This document shows positions 1 to 12,051 of a DNA stretch of 64,000 nt, in pieces (positions within the stretch are counted from its first letter, which is position 1; every line of letters starts with the position of its first letter). The stretch comes from Squalus acanthias (lineage: Eukaryota): contig CM059432.1 of NCBI GenBank assembly GCA_030390025.1, positions 17,548,001-17,612,000 of the forward strand, given 5' to 3'. Under the pieces are notes generated by a model. It saw only the letters and a list, made by a program, of their open reading frames with translations. It did not search any database and was not told the DNA's origin. A program made the position numbers and the translations under genes.

Positions 1-650
1 GAAGGGAGAGTGGATCGAAGGGGAGAGAGGATCAAAGGAGAGAGAGGATCGAAGGGGAGAGAGGATCGAAGGAGAGAGAGGATCAAAGGGGAGAGAGGAT
101 CGAAGGGAGAGTGGATCGAAGGGGAGAGAGGATCGAAGGGAGAGTGGATCGAAGGGGAGAGAGGATCGAAGGGGAGAGAGGATCGAAGGGGAGAGAGGAT
201 CGAAGGGAGAGAGGATCGAAGGGAGAGAGGATCGAAGGGGAGAGAGGATCGAAGGGAGAGAGGATCGAAGGGGAGAGAGGATCGAAGGGAGAGAGGATCG
301 AAGGGGAGAGAGGATCGAAAGGGGAGTAGGATCGAAGGGAGAGTGGATCGAAGGGGAGAGAGGATCGAAGGGAGAGTGGATCGAAGGGGAGAGAGGATCG
401 AAGGAGAGAGAGGATCGAAGGGGAGAGAGGATCGAAGGAGAGATAGGATCGAAGGGAGAGAGGATCGAATGGGAGAGAGGATCGAAGGGGAGAGAGGATC
501 GAAGGGGAGAGAGGATCGAAGGGAGAGAGGATCAAAAGGAGAGAGGATCGAAGGAGAGCGAGGATTGAAGGGAGAGAGGATCGAATGGGAGAGAGGATCG
601 AAGGAGAGAGAGGATTGAAGGGGGAGAGAGTGGATTGGAGGGGGAGAGGA
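1..650. repeat. Tandem minisatellite, ~16-17 bp unit GGATCGAAGGG(G)AGAGA
   Basis: Unit repeated dozens of times with small indels; the ORFs at 10-618 and 83-535 are translations of the repeat. Confidence 0.95.
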
Positions 651-659
651 GAGAAGCTT

Positions 660-1420
660 GGAGGAGGGAGAGGAAGTCAGAAACTCGGGCGGGCGGAGAA
701 GGTCAGGAACTCGGGGGGCAGTAAAAAACATGGAGAGCAGAGTGGGGATGGGGGAGGAACGTGATCCAGGACTAAAGTGGGGGTGAGAGCGAGAACGTGA
801 TCCAGATGGGAAGACGGATCACATTCTTCCAACCCCACCCCCACCCCCTTTACACCCGCACCATGTTCTGGCTCTCCTCCCCCAGACCTGGTTGATTTCT
901 CGGAAAGCTCGGTGCGTGTGTGGCAAGTGACATCATTGGACTGGAATAAATCCGGAAGTTATGACACTGTCATTATTCACTTCATACATAATAAACCTGT
1001 TAACAATCCGTGACCCACATATAATGCCCCATCTATCGGGGGGGGGAGAGAAAGTCAGGGACCCAGGGAGGGGGGCGGGGGGAGCGGGAGAAGGAACTTG
1101 GGGGTAGAAGGTCAGGAACCTGGTGATAGGGAGGTCAGGAACTTGGGCAAGGGGAGAAGGTCAGGACCCCGGGCAGGGGGGGAGGAACTTGTGGAGGGGG
1201 AGAAGATCAAGAACTTGGGGGAGGAGATGGTCAGGAACCCGGGGGGGGGGGGGGAGTCAGGAACTTGGGAGGGGAGGGGGGAAGGTCAGGAATGTGGGCA
1301 GGGCAGAAGGTCAGGCAATTGTTGGGGAGGGAAAAGGTCAGAAACTCGGGGGGTGGGGGGGAAGGTTAGGAACTAGTTCGGGGGGGCAGGAACTTGTTTG
1401 GGGGGGGATGAAGGTCCTAA
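660..1420. repeat. G-rich degenerate repeat (GTCAGGAAC + G-runs) with a short unrelated insert at ~820-1030
   Basis: Recurrent (A/G)GTCAGGAAC(T/C) motif separated by poly-G tracts. Confidence 0.7.
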
Positions 1421-1639
1421 CCCATGAGGGTATGCCCTGCCTGTGTCCTGTGAGCTCTGTCTGGAGCCTGGCAGTCAGAATGAATGGCTCGAATTACACA
1501 TTGCAAAGTACTTGATTACTTAGGCAGGCAGGATCTAATTATACATTCCAGATAAACTGCTGGGTGCATCTTGTCCTTCATGGGGACCAATCAGAAATCT
1601 GGTCTTGTCCTCCAAGGGGACCAATCAGAAATCTGGTGT

Positions 1640-1928
1640 TGCAAATAGACACAACCTTAAAGTAATTGTTAGAAGGATTAGAATGGAGTTGAGAAGAACT
1701 TTTTTCACTCAGAGGGTGGTGGGGGTCTGGAACTCACTGCCTGAAAGGATGGTAGAGGCAGAAAACCTCATTGCATTTAAAAAGTACTTGGATATGCACT
1801 TGAAGTGCCATAACCTACAAGGCTACGGACCAAGAGCTGGAAAGTGGGATTAGGCTGGATAGCTCTTTTTTGGCTACGATGGACCGAATGGCCTCCTTCT
1901 GTGCTGTAAATTTCTATGATTCTATGAT
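1640..1928 (+). mobile_element. CR1 LINE 3' fragment
   Basis: Encodes FFTQRVVGVWNSLP (CR1 ORF2 C-terminus); ends in a (TTCTATGA)n tail. Confidence 0.9.
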
Positions 1929-1959
1929 GCCCTCACCTCTTGCACCTTCTGTGGTGGCG

Positions 1960-2560
1960 GGGTGACCACCTCCTGGAATGTAGAAACCCTCAGACTCCTG
2001 GATGCACTCCACAGTTACTCCAGCCATACATCAAGCTCCGAAACTCAGAGCTTGAGCTCGAGCAACTAACTGGTGGCACTTCCTGCACACATGGTTATCC
2101 AGGACATATGAAGTGTCCTTGAGTTCCCACATAGAACATGTTGCGCATGCAGCGGATCCCTGCTGGCTTGCCATGGTAGTCAATTCACTGACCTCTAAAT
2201 CACTGAGACCATGGCCACTAAAATACTTAACACAGAACTCGAAAAATCTAAGACACTGACGTCAAGACACTGAGACACTGACCTTTAAAACTCAAACAAG
2301 CTGACCTCTGAAAGACTGAGATACGAAAATCATAAGAATTTAACTAAAAATACTGAAAATTATATCTATAAGTCAAACCACAATGGAAACTACCATCAAG
2401 TGAATTTCAACAGTGAAAAAAACAATTTAATGAAACAAACTAACAGACCAACACTTAACTGTTACCCACCAATCCGCTCCCTCCGCGGCAGAGACGTCAC
2501 TTTTGAATTTCTTTCTCAGTTTTCCGTGTTCAGCTCGCGCTCGGACTTTGGCCTGTCAAA
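1960..2560 (-). mobile_element. CR1 5' end remnant (ORF1 zinc-finger start and 5'UTR)
   Basis: Minus strand CCATGTGTGCAGGAAGTG gives HVCRKC, matching ORF1 HMCRKC at 22890; short CACTGA repeats at ~2185-2320. Confidence 0.6.
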
Positions 2561-2577
2561 TCTGTGAATTGAAATCG

Positions 2578-3071
2578 GCCCCAAAAGAACAGCTAAACTT
2601 AAAATAAATTTTTTTAAAACCATCACATTTATAAAATAACTATAGTTAAATAAATTAACCACTTTAAACAAAAATTAAAATTTTTGAAAAAATTAAAATA
2701 CTTTTTAAAAGTGATAAAAATAAACTTACCTTTCTTTAAAGTATCTAAAAAAGATAAACCTGTTGAAAAAAATTAAAAATTATACTTAATTAACCACTTA
2801 CCTTGTTGAAAACGGGTCTTACGCCTCCTTTTTAATAGCGTAGTTTCTTCAATACTTACCCTCGCGTAGAAACCTGAAAAAAAATCTAAGTTTGCTGCGT
2901 GCGCGCAGCCTCTACCACGCACGCGGTTCACCTAGGAACCGCCCCCTTCACCATACCGGAAGTTCCGGTTTCCCGCGCATGCACAGTGCATGCAGGAAAC
3001 CGGCACTTCGGGACGCATTACGGGTGAATACAGACTGTGTACTCACCCGGGAAGGGCCGAATTTTTGGCCC
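2578..3071. mobile_element. Truncated Harbinger-type MITE, same family as 20950-21692
   Basis: Extensive similarity to 21208-21692; keeps the right TIR AATTTTTGGCCC at 3060-3071. Confidence 0.8.
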
Positions 3072-3079
3072 ATAAAGAC

Positions 3080-4675
3080 ATTTAAGATAGAAAGGTAAAC
3101 TAATCAAACTTAGAGAGGATAAAACCCCTGGTCTGGATGGATTGCATCCGCGCATATTAAAAGAAGTTAGGGAGAGATAGCAGAGGCACTATTACATATG
3201 TATAACAATTCATTAGAAAAGGAAATAGTTCCAGAGGACTGGCGGACCGCTAATGTGATTCCTATATTTTAAAACGGAGATGGAACAATTCCAGGGAACA
3301 GTAGACCAGTTAGCTTAACATTGGTGGTAGGAAAGATAATAGAATCTTTACTCAAAGGTGTAATTGAAACAGAAAATATAATAAAGAGTAGTCAGCACCA
3401 TTTTCAAAAGGGAAGGTCATGCCTGACCAACATTATTTAATTCTTTGAAGAAGCAACAGAAAGAGTAGACAAGAGTAATGTAGTGGATGTAATATATTTG
3501 GCTTTTCAAAAGTCCTTCGATAAGGTACCGCATGGTAGACTTACGACTGAGGTCAGAGCATGTGGATTCAGGGGACAGGTAGTAGAATGGATATCAAGCT
3601 GGCTACAAAACATGAAGTAGAGAGTAGGGGTTAAAGGTCGCTACTCAGACTGGCAAAAGGTGGGAAGTGGCGTTTCTCAGGCATCGCTGCTGGGACCATC
3701 GTTGTTCACAATTTACATTAATGATTTGGACTCGGAAATTGGAAGTACAATTTCAAAATTTGCGGATGACACCAAATTGGGGGGTAGAGTTAACACAAAG
3801 GAAGAATGCGACAAAATGCAAGAGGACATTAATGAGCTTGCAGAATGGGCGTGTAATTGGCAAATTAATTTCAATATAGGTAAGTGTGAGGTGGTGCATT
3901 TTGGCAGGAAGAATAAAGAGGTCACCTAGTGCTTGGATAATGAGAGTCTAAATGGGGTAGAGGAGCAAAGGGATCTAGGGGTACACATTCACAAATCACT
4001 AAAAGTAGCAGCACAGATTAATAAGGCCATAAAAAAGCAAAACAAACACTGGGATTCATTTCTAGAGGGATAGAATTGAAAAGCAGAGAAGTTATGTTAA
4101 ACCTGTATTGCACCTTGGTTAGATCACACTTGGAGTACTGTGTACAGTTCTAGTCTTCATATTATAAAAAGGATATAGAGGTGTTGGATAGCTATCAAAA
4201 AAGATTCACAAGAATGATACCAGAACTGAGAGGATATACTTATCATGAAAGGCTGAACAGGCTGGGGCACTTTTCTCTAGATAAGAGAAGGCTGAGGGGC
4301 GACCTGATGGAGGTCTTTAAGATAATGAAAGGGTTTGATAGGGTAGACGTAGAGAAAATGTTTCCACTTGTGGGGGAGTCCAAAACTAGAGGTCATAAAT
4401 ATAAGATAGTCACTAATAAATCCAATAAGGAATTCAGGAGAAACCTCTTTACCCAGAGAATGTGGAATGCTCTACCACAAGTAGTTGAGGCAAATAGCAT
4501 AGTTGCCTTTAAGGAGAAGCTAGATAAGCACAAGGAAGTAAAGAATAGAAGGATATGCTGATAGGGTGAGATGAAGTAAGGGTGGGAGGAGGCTCGTATG
4601 GAGCATAAACACCGGCATGGACCAGTTGGGCTGAATGGCCTGTTTCTGTGCTGTACACCCGATGTAACTCAATGT
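3080..4675 (+). mobile_element. Degraded 5'-truncated CR1 LINE (RT region and 3'UTR)
   Basis: GVSQASLLGPSLF, ISKFADDTKLGG and LEYC/KRFTRMIP motifs, interrupted by stops and frameshifts. Confidence 0.9.
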
Positions 4676-4711
4676 AATGATCTGGCCTGATATTATTCCT
4701 TTACAGCTTAC

Positions 4712-4774
4712 CTGTTTGCCATTGGCCCTTTAACTGATGGGTGATAAAATAACTGCGGGCAAGAGGTTCCTATC
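4712..4774 (-). CDS. Candidate 63-nt internal coding exon (phase 2-2), xIGTSCPQLFYHPSVKGPMAN(R); host gene unidentified
   Basis: Minus strand ttttgttccAG acceptor and AG/GTAAGC donor; single open frame; lies in non-repeat sequence. Confidence 0.5.
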
Positions 4775-5380
4775 CTGGAACAAAATATCTTTTCATTCCA
4801 TTTTTTTAAAACTTGAGTTTTTTTCCCCACATAGGATACATAATCAGCTGATGAATGATACAGCTTTTGGAAAACTGGTTGCAATAATGGCTGACTATCT
4901 CCCACACAAAGTGCTTACAACAGGAACATTGTGTCCTCATCATTACCTCGGAAACAGAACACAGTGGAGTCAGCTCGGTGATTCAAACCTTGGTTAAACT
5001 GTGGGAATTAAATGAGAACAGCAACATCCAGCTGGTCATAAGCCCAAAACGTTCCCATGTTTCCAAGTAATTTATTGATAATCATTACACTTTGCTTTAG
5101 TTGCCTCTTCACTGACTTTCCGTTATCATTTCAGCTATTTTGTGTGGATGCAAAAGTTTCTAATAGGCTTTTTTTTGGCGGCAGTAGCATCTACATTATC
5201 TCATCTACGCCAAGCTTGTGCTGTTGGGCAGGTACAGAAGACATGATGAGGGCCAACTTACACTTTGTTAGATACATTGGTGGGCTGATATTGTGTAAAC
5301 CCAATTGCAATGTGTTTGCTGAAAATATGAGTGAGTACATGGAAACAACACTAGGCCATTTGTCCCCTGCACCCCTGGTA

Positions 5381-5835
5381 CAGGTTGAACGTCCCGAGGC
5401 CGAGCCGGTTTTCGTGTTTTTCCGGACTTCGGAACGTGTTTCTGATGTCCGAAGTCCGGAAATATTGCAACCTGGGCTCAGGCATTTCCGGACTTCGGAC
5501 ATCAGAAACACGTTCCGAGTCCGGAAATGCCTGGGCTCGGCTGGCGGCGGAAACAGGGGGCTGGATTTTGTCTTGGGGTCGGGTTGGGGTCGTGTCATCT
5601 GCATTTCGTGTTCCCCCCCCCGACTCCAGATTAATGTGGATGAATGATGCAATTTTCACTTAATTGGGCAATTGAGTTCCAGCATGTGGGAACCCATGAA
5701 CTAATTAGTGGTTTCAGTCTGAAAGTCGCCTCTGATGATGTCATCATTGCTGCTGCCTGGTCTCAGAGACTGACTGGATGTTGGTGAGAGAGGACCTGCC
5801 TGGCCTTTGCTGTGGGACCTGGATATATGAGAGAG

Positions 5836-5873
<38 letters not shown>

Positions 5874-6450
5874 TTTTTTTCCATCCAAGTCCTCTCACAG
5901 CAAAGGCCAGGCAGTCTCTGAAGCCATTCAATGCAGCAGCATCAGAGGTGACTTTCAGACCTAATACTACTACCTTCATCACATCTCCGTTGTAATAGTG
6001 GACCTGCAGCTGATAGTCAGCTATCCACTTGTGCTCCCGCCAGGTTTCACTGGCGTGTTTCACATCAGGCGTACTTCACGTCAGAAAAGGGTTAAACTAG
6101 CTAAAACGTTTCAAAATGGCATTACAGAGCCAATTTAGGGCTTGTTAAGGGCTTTAATGGCCTCTCCCACCTCTTGGAGGCGGGACGGAGTCGGGAACCC
6201 CGTGACTGATTTTGTCAAAATTGCGTGGAGGTGGGATGGAGTCGGGATGGGGTCGGGACCCCCGACCCCGCAAATTTAACCCCCCACACGCCTCCAAACC
6301 CGACTCCATGGGTCATTCAAAATCCAGCCCAGGGTGTCTGGATTCCGGAACATTTTACGGATTCTGGACGACCCTGCCACCAATCGTCCCGGAGTCCGGA
6401 TTCCGGAACATTCCGGATTCCGGAACTCCGGATTTTGGGCGCTCAACCTG
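5381..6450. mobile_element. Tc1/mariner (pogo/Tigger-like) MITE interrupted by a Harbinger MITE
   Basis: TIRs CAGGTTGAACGTCC / GGCGCTCAACCTG flanked by TA on both sides; internal inverted repeats. Confidence 0.8.
5558..6330 (-). mobile_element. Non-autonomous Harbinger MITE derived from the 43461-51105 family
   Basis: TIR GGGCTGGATTTTG / CAAAATCCAGCCC; 3-bp TSD AGG; subterminal sequence matches both ends of 43461-51105 in reverse orientation; central (GA)n. Confidence 0.9.
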
Positions 6451-6727
6451 TATGTGGATATATTTGTGAATATCTCCGTGTGTGTGTGTGGAGGGATGTC
6501 TTATCAAATGAAAGATCTGAAAATGGCAATGTGCACGACCTCAAAAATCCTATATTTGGTCATCCATATTAGGAATTAGATAGTAGTAATAAAAGGGATA
6601 ATATTATGCATGTGTGTGGAGGTGCGGGAATGGAGATTTGGAGACAATTGCTACAGCAAATTGGGAGAAGAACATTTCAAAAGAAATATCCATTCAGCGT
6701 CCGGATGGAACCGCAATACATACTTAC

Positions 6728-6766
6728 AGTGGGAAATTGCTCCCGAAGTAAGGTCTACTTGCTGAC
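6728..6766 (-). CDS. Weak candidate 39-nt exon (phase 2-2), xSASRPYFGSNFP(L)
   Basis: tttctcaattttcaaaaAG acceptor and GTAAGT donor; phase-compatible with 4712-4774. Confidence 0.25.
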
Positions 6767-7309
6767 CTTTTTGAAAATTGAGAAACCTCAATGAAGTGTT
6801 AATAGTGCAAGACATCACCGAGGTTGAGTGTTAGCAGAAAGACTGAGATAAATCAAGAAGTAATGGTTAGATGCTACAAAGTTTGGCTTTCAAAACCAGG
6901 AAGAAGCAAAGTCCGAGTGAGGCTGTTGAACCACATAGAAAACTGGGAGGCAATTGAAACTTTGTATTTGAAATTTTGCATTGTTTTATTTTGTAATGTG
7001 CTCTAAACGGTTCGTACGGTTGAATTTCTTTCATTCAAGACTCCATGTGTGTTGGAGAGATAACACTAAAACAAGAATAGAAAAGAAAGGGTTAATTTAA
7101 AGGCAGGACCTCCTGGTATGATTGTACTACCATTCAAGTAAGGAAAGGCATTTTTGATAACAAGCCCTGAATTTAGACATGGGGGCCAGTGCTTTCTGCT
7201 ATTGTACTCATGAACCTGGGATTCCCCCACCCCCCCATTCAGGTTAATGGGCAGGAAAATCACAGCTAAAGAATGCACAGGTGCAAAACCCTGAGTTGTA
7301 TGTAAGAGC

Positions 7310-7720
7310 TTACATTTATATAATGTTTACATTTATATAATGCCTTATCATGTCCTAAACCACTTTTCAATCAGTGAATTATTTCTGAAGTGTAGTCACT
7401 GTTGTCACGGAAGGAAACAAACTGCCAATTCACTCACAACAAGGTCCCACAAACAGCAAATGAGATAAATGACTAGATAATCTGGTTTTGATTGAAGGTT
7501 ACTAAGTAAGCTCCCTGTCCCTCTCCAGATAATGTCATAGGAGCCTTTCCATTCTTTTTGAGCAGGCAGACAGGACCTCAGCTTAATGTCTCATCTGACA
7601 GATAACACCACCAACAATGCAGCACTCCCTCAGTAATGTACCTCAAACTTATTGTGGAGCTTGGACCCACAACCTTTGGACTCAGAAGCAATACTCTTAC
7701 CAATTGAGCCAAGCTTACAC
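7310..7720 (-). mobile_element. Degenerate tRNA-derived Deu-type SINE
   Basis: Diverged copy of 19402-19852 (GCAGCACTCCCTCAGTA core, tRNA-like head, same tail). Confidence 0.7.
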
Positions 7721-7789
7721 TTTAGCAATGATCAGTACTGCCGCAGACACACTTGGTGAATAAGAAAAGATGCAAGAGTGTTTAATATC

Positions 7790-9117
7790 TTGCCACAGTA
7801 CCGAAATGGCTCTCATCAAAGTCACAAATTACATCCTTTGTGACTGTGACAAAGGAAAACTATCCTTCCTCGTCATTCTTGACTTGTCTGCAGCCTTTGA
7901 CACGGTTGACCACTCCATCCTTCTCCAACGCCTCTCCACCGTCGTCCAGCTGGGTGGGACTGCACTCGCCTGGTTACATTCTTATCTATCTAATCGTAGC
8001 CAGAGAATCACCTGCAACGGCTTCTCTTCCCGCTCCCACATCGTTACCTCTGGTGTCCCCCCAAGGATCTATCCTTGGCCCCCTCCTATTTCTCATCTAC
8101 ATGTTGCCCCTTGGCGACATCATCCGAAAACACAGTGTCAGTTTCCATGTGTATGCTGACGACACCCAGCTGTACCTCACCACCACTTCTCTCGACCCCT
8201 CCATGGTCTCTAAATTGTCAGACTGCTTGTCCGACATCCAGTTCTGGATGAGCAAAAATTTTCTCCAATTAAATATTGGGAAGATCGAAGCCATTGTTTT
8301 CGGTCCCCGCCACAAACTCCGTTCCCTAGCCACTGACTCCATCCCTCTCCCTAACATCTGTCTGAGGCTGAACCACACTGTTCACAACCTTGGTGTCATA
8401 TTTGACCCTGAAATGAGCTTCCGACCACATATCCGCAGCATAACAAAGACCGTCTACTTCCACCTCTGTAACATCGCCCGTCTCCGCCCTTGCCTCAGCT
8501 CATCCGCTGCTGAAACCCTCATCCGTGCCTTTGTTACCTCTAGACTTGACTATTCCAACGCACTCCTGGCTGGCCTCCCACATTCCACCCTACGTAAACT
8601 TGAGGTCATCCAAAACTCGGCTGCCCATGTCCTAACTCACACCAAGTCCCGTTCGCCAATCTCCCCTGTGCTTGCTGACCTACATTGGCTCCTGGTTAAG
8701 CAGCACCTCGATTTCAAAATTCTCATCCTTGTTTTCAAATCCCAAATGGCCTCACCCCTCCCTATCTCTGTAACCTCCTTCAGCCCCACAACCCCTCGAG
8801 ATATCTGCGCTCCTCTAATTCTGCCCTCTTGAGCATCCCTGATTATAATCACCCAACCATTGGTGGCCGTGCCTTCTGTTGCCTAGGCCCTAAGCTTTGG
8901 AATTCCCTGCCTAAACCTCTCTACCTCTCTTTCCTCCTTTAAGACGCTCCTTAAAACCTACCTCTTTGACCAAGCTTTTGGTCACCTGCCCTAATTTATC
9001 CTTATGTGGATCGGTGTCAAATTTTTTGTCTTATAATACTCCTGTGAAGCGCTTTGGGACGTTTTACTATGTTAAAGGCACTATATAAATACAAGTTGTT
9101 GTTGTTGTTGTTGTTGT
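7790..9117 (+). mobile_element. L2-clade LINE 3' portion (RT)
   Basis: LDLSAAFDTVDH, PQGSILGPLLF, YADDTQLY, SRLDYSNALL, LHWL motifs; (TTG)n tail; one frameshift near 8060. Confidence 0.9.
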
Positions 9118-9167
9118 TAAGATTACGTTCTCGATTCTTACTATAAAACCCACCCTCTGGCCTGATG

Positions 9168-9452
9168 GAACATAGAAACATAGAAACATAGAATCTAGGA
9201 GCAGGAGTAGGCCATTCGGCCCGTCGAGCCTGCTCCGCCATTCAATATGATCATGGCTGATCATCCAAATCCAGTACCCAGTCCCTGCTTTAATCCCCAC
9301 AGTACACATATCCCACCCTACCCCCGTAACCCCACGTATTTAATTCCCCCTAACATATCCCATCCTATCCCCATAACCCCACATATTTAATCCCCCCTAA
9401 CACTAAGGGTCAATTTATCATTGCCAAATCAACCTAACCCACACATTTTGGA
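9168..9452 (-). mobile_element. CR1 3' tail fragment followed by a SINE-like fragment
   Basis: (ACATAGAA)n tail and GAATGGCCTACTCCTGCTCCT on the minus strand; adjacent CCCCGTAACCC / CTAACACTAAGGG repeat fragment. Confidence 0.6.
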
Positions 9453-9547
9453 AGTCTGTTTCTCTCCCTGAAATGCATTATAATTTGCATTAATTTTATT
9501 AGAACAAGTATGGAAAGATTTATAATAGAAATTATTTAATATGTGTG

Positions 9548-10461
9548 GGCCTAAAATTGTGATGGGCCCAAGTCTGCCGGTGCAAGTGCAGCAGAACGGG
9601 ACCCCTGTCCGCCCGAATGGATGGCCGCAGACACCCGTCCTGAATTATGGCAAACGAATCATTGCGTGGTTCGGGTAGGCGACCTGAACGTGCAAGGCCA
9701 CCTTGAGGCCCGAATTTGCTGGGAGCAAAATTAGAGCGGTGCCATGTCTCTCCAAGGGCAGCAGTAAGGCCTCGGAAGGGCCTTGGGAAAAACTAGCATA
9801 AAAGCAATTCTTATCCGGAGGAAGCTAGCAGGCCTTTTCTTTAAACTATTCAGTACCCTCTGGGATTGACTACCTGTCCCTAAAACAGTTCTGCTAAGGC
9901 CCGAATTCCTGGGGTGGATCAGGATCTCCCCAGACATGACCCCTTGATGTTGGGGAGGGTTGGGGGAGGGGGGAGGTACAGGCAGAAGAATTTCCCTCTT
10001 TTCTCCCCCCCCTCCATTAGAATATCTCTCCACAGCTAAACAGGGTGGAATCCCAGGGGAACCAGGTTCTGCCTAATTTTCCAGCCCCCATTAGGCAGTT
10101 ACACCCCATTTTATAAAAAATACTTTCCTGAATGTGGAGCCAGGAGGGGCAGGAGTGCTCTTCCCGGCTCCACTATGGTGCTGAAGATCGTTGCTGGCTC
10201 CTCTGGGCCCCCTTCCCGATTGCTCCCCTCCCTCCCGATCATTCCCTCTCTCCTGAGGGATCGCCCCCCCCTCTCTCGCTGGACCTAGCTGAAGGCTGCT
10301 GCTGGCAAAGCAGAGGCCTGAAATGGAAATCCTCTTCAGCGGTGAGCTGCCTGGGGATGCCCAGCAGGTGTCTGCAGCTCACTGGCCTCCTGACAATGAG
10401 GCCCGAGGCCAACATTCGGGATGGTCTCCTCCGCCCAGTTTGCGCCAACAATTTCTAGGCC
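9548..10461. mobile_element. Harbinger-type MITE
   Basis: Imperfect TIRs GGCCTAAAATTG / CAATTTCTAGGCC; GC-rich non-coding interior; TSD not clean. Confidence 0.6.
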
Positions 10462-10980
10462 TCGGTTTGCTCAGAAAATACATAATTCCTACGATCTGTT
10501 TTATTAGATCGTTCTTGCGTTGTCGGCTTGATGAAATCACTTGGGTGCCAAATAAAAATTCTTAAGGCTGATTTTGCTGTGATTGACATCTGGGAACAAT
10601 TATTCCCTGGTTGTTAAGCACAGGGAAAAGAGGTGGAGTCCTGTGACTATGTGTCCGCGCACCATTGACATTGCTGGGGGGGGGGGAGGCGTCAGTCAGT
10701 CTGCCTGTTTCTTGATTGATTCCAGGATTTTCACCATCACTCTATCTGGAATTTCATTTCATGTATTGATGACACTTTGTGTGAAGAGGAACTTTCTGAC
10801 AGCAGTCCGAAATTTGCTTCTCACTGCTTTGAACCGGTATCCCCTTGTTTTACTCTCACGATTTAGTGTGAAGTAATTTTTCAGGTCTATCTTTTCCATA
10901 ATGTTGCTGGATTATACATACGAGTTTATAAAATCACCTTTCAGTCACCTCCTTTTCAGGCTGAGTTTCTCCAATCTTTC

Positions 10981-11433
10981 CTGATACCTGAGGAGAGATT
11001 GGGTCGACTAGGCCTGTATTCACTAGAGTTTAGAAGAATGAGAGGGGATCTCATTGAAATGTGTAAAATTCTGACAGGGCTAGACAGACTGGGTGCAGGG
11101 AGGATGTTTCCCCTGGCTGAGGGGTCTAGAACGAGGGGTCGCAGTCTCAGGATACGGGGTAGGACATTTAGGACTGAGATGAGGAGAAATGTCTTCACTC
11201 AGAGGGTGGTGAACCTGTGGAATTCTCTACCCCAGAAGGCTGTGGAGGCCAAGTCACTGAATATATTTAAGAAGGAGATAGATAAATTTCTAGACACAAA
11301 AGGCATCAAGGGGTATGGGGAGAGTGCGGGAATATGGTATTGAGATAGAGGATCAGCCATGATCATATTGAATGGCGGAGCAGGCTCGAAGGGCCGAATG
11401 GCCTACTCCTGCTCCTATGTTTCTATGTTTCTA
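10981..11433 (+). mobile_element. CR1 LINE 3' fragment (older minus-strand CR1 fragment at ~10700-10980 beside it)
   Basis: LGLYSLEFRRMRGDLIE...FTQRVVNLWNSLP; (TATGTTTC)n tail. Confidence 0.9.
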
Positions 11434-12051
11434 CCACAGAACACTGGCACTGTGAATCAAGCTTGTGGCTCTTCCTTCAACTGGCCCCGATACTTGAAGT
11501 GATCCCTTGTATCTCGGCGACTAAAGCGCGGCATTGGATTCAAAGTGTGGTCTGACAAGGGCACTGCACGGTTTCAGACCTCCTCTGACTTATTGCTTTT
11601 GTTTTTTGTTATGAAGTGCAGCATTCTATTGACTTTGTTGATTGTTGATTTTCAGTGATTGGATATGCTGAGTGTTGAATTTACTCTGAACCCTCCCCCT
11701 CTCCCTTAGATTTCTTTCAGCCCCGATTCTAACTGAACCTGGTCAGCGAGAACGTTGCGGGTCAGACACCCGATTGACATCCTGCCCTATTTTACGCTCC
11801 ATTGACTTCAGTGAACCCCCCCAACCTTCAGATTCAGAGGCAAGGATGCTGATTCAAATTTCAGACAGGCCTTTGAATGGGCGTCCAGCATTCCCGCCCA
11901 AACAGGCAGGAGGCTGTTTAAATGTGCACATCGGGGTTCTAGGCCAGTGCAGGACCCCGATTGCAATTTTGGTAGAGCAATGGGTTGAGCAAGTGAAGTG
12001 CGTGCTAGCTCCACCTTTTGCAAGTGCTGAGATGCTTAACTAGCGGTCCTT

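Noticed and set aside
10..618. 202-aa Arg/Glu/Gly-rich ORF and its antisense ORF
   Set aside because: Translation of a tandem repeat that happens to lack stops.
1..650. CRISPR-like array
   Set aside because: Contiguous tandem units with no unique spacers, no cas genes, eukaryotic context.
5057..5663. Overlapping ORFs of 92-196 aa
   Set aside because: They run through palindromic MITE sequence and show no protein motif; the possible plus exon at ~5232-5330 has a poor acceptor.
6728..6842. Longer minus-strand exon using the CTAAC...tttatctcAG acceptor
   Set aside because: Stops in all three frames; could only be non-coding, and there is no further support.
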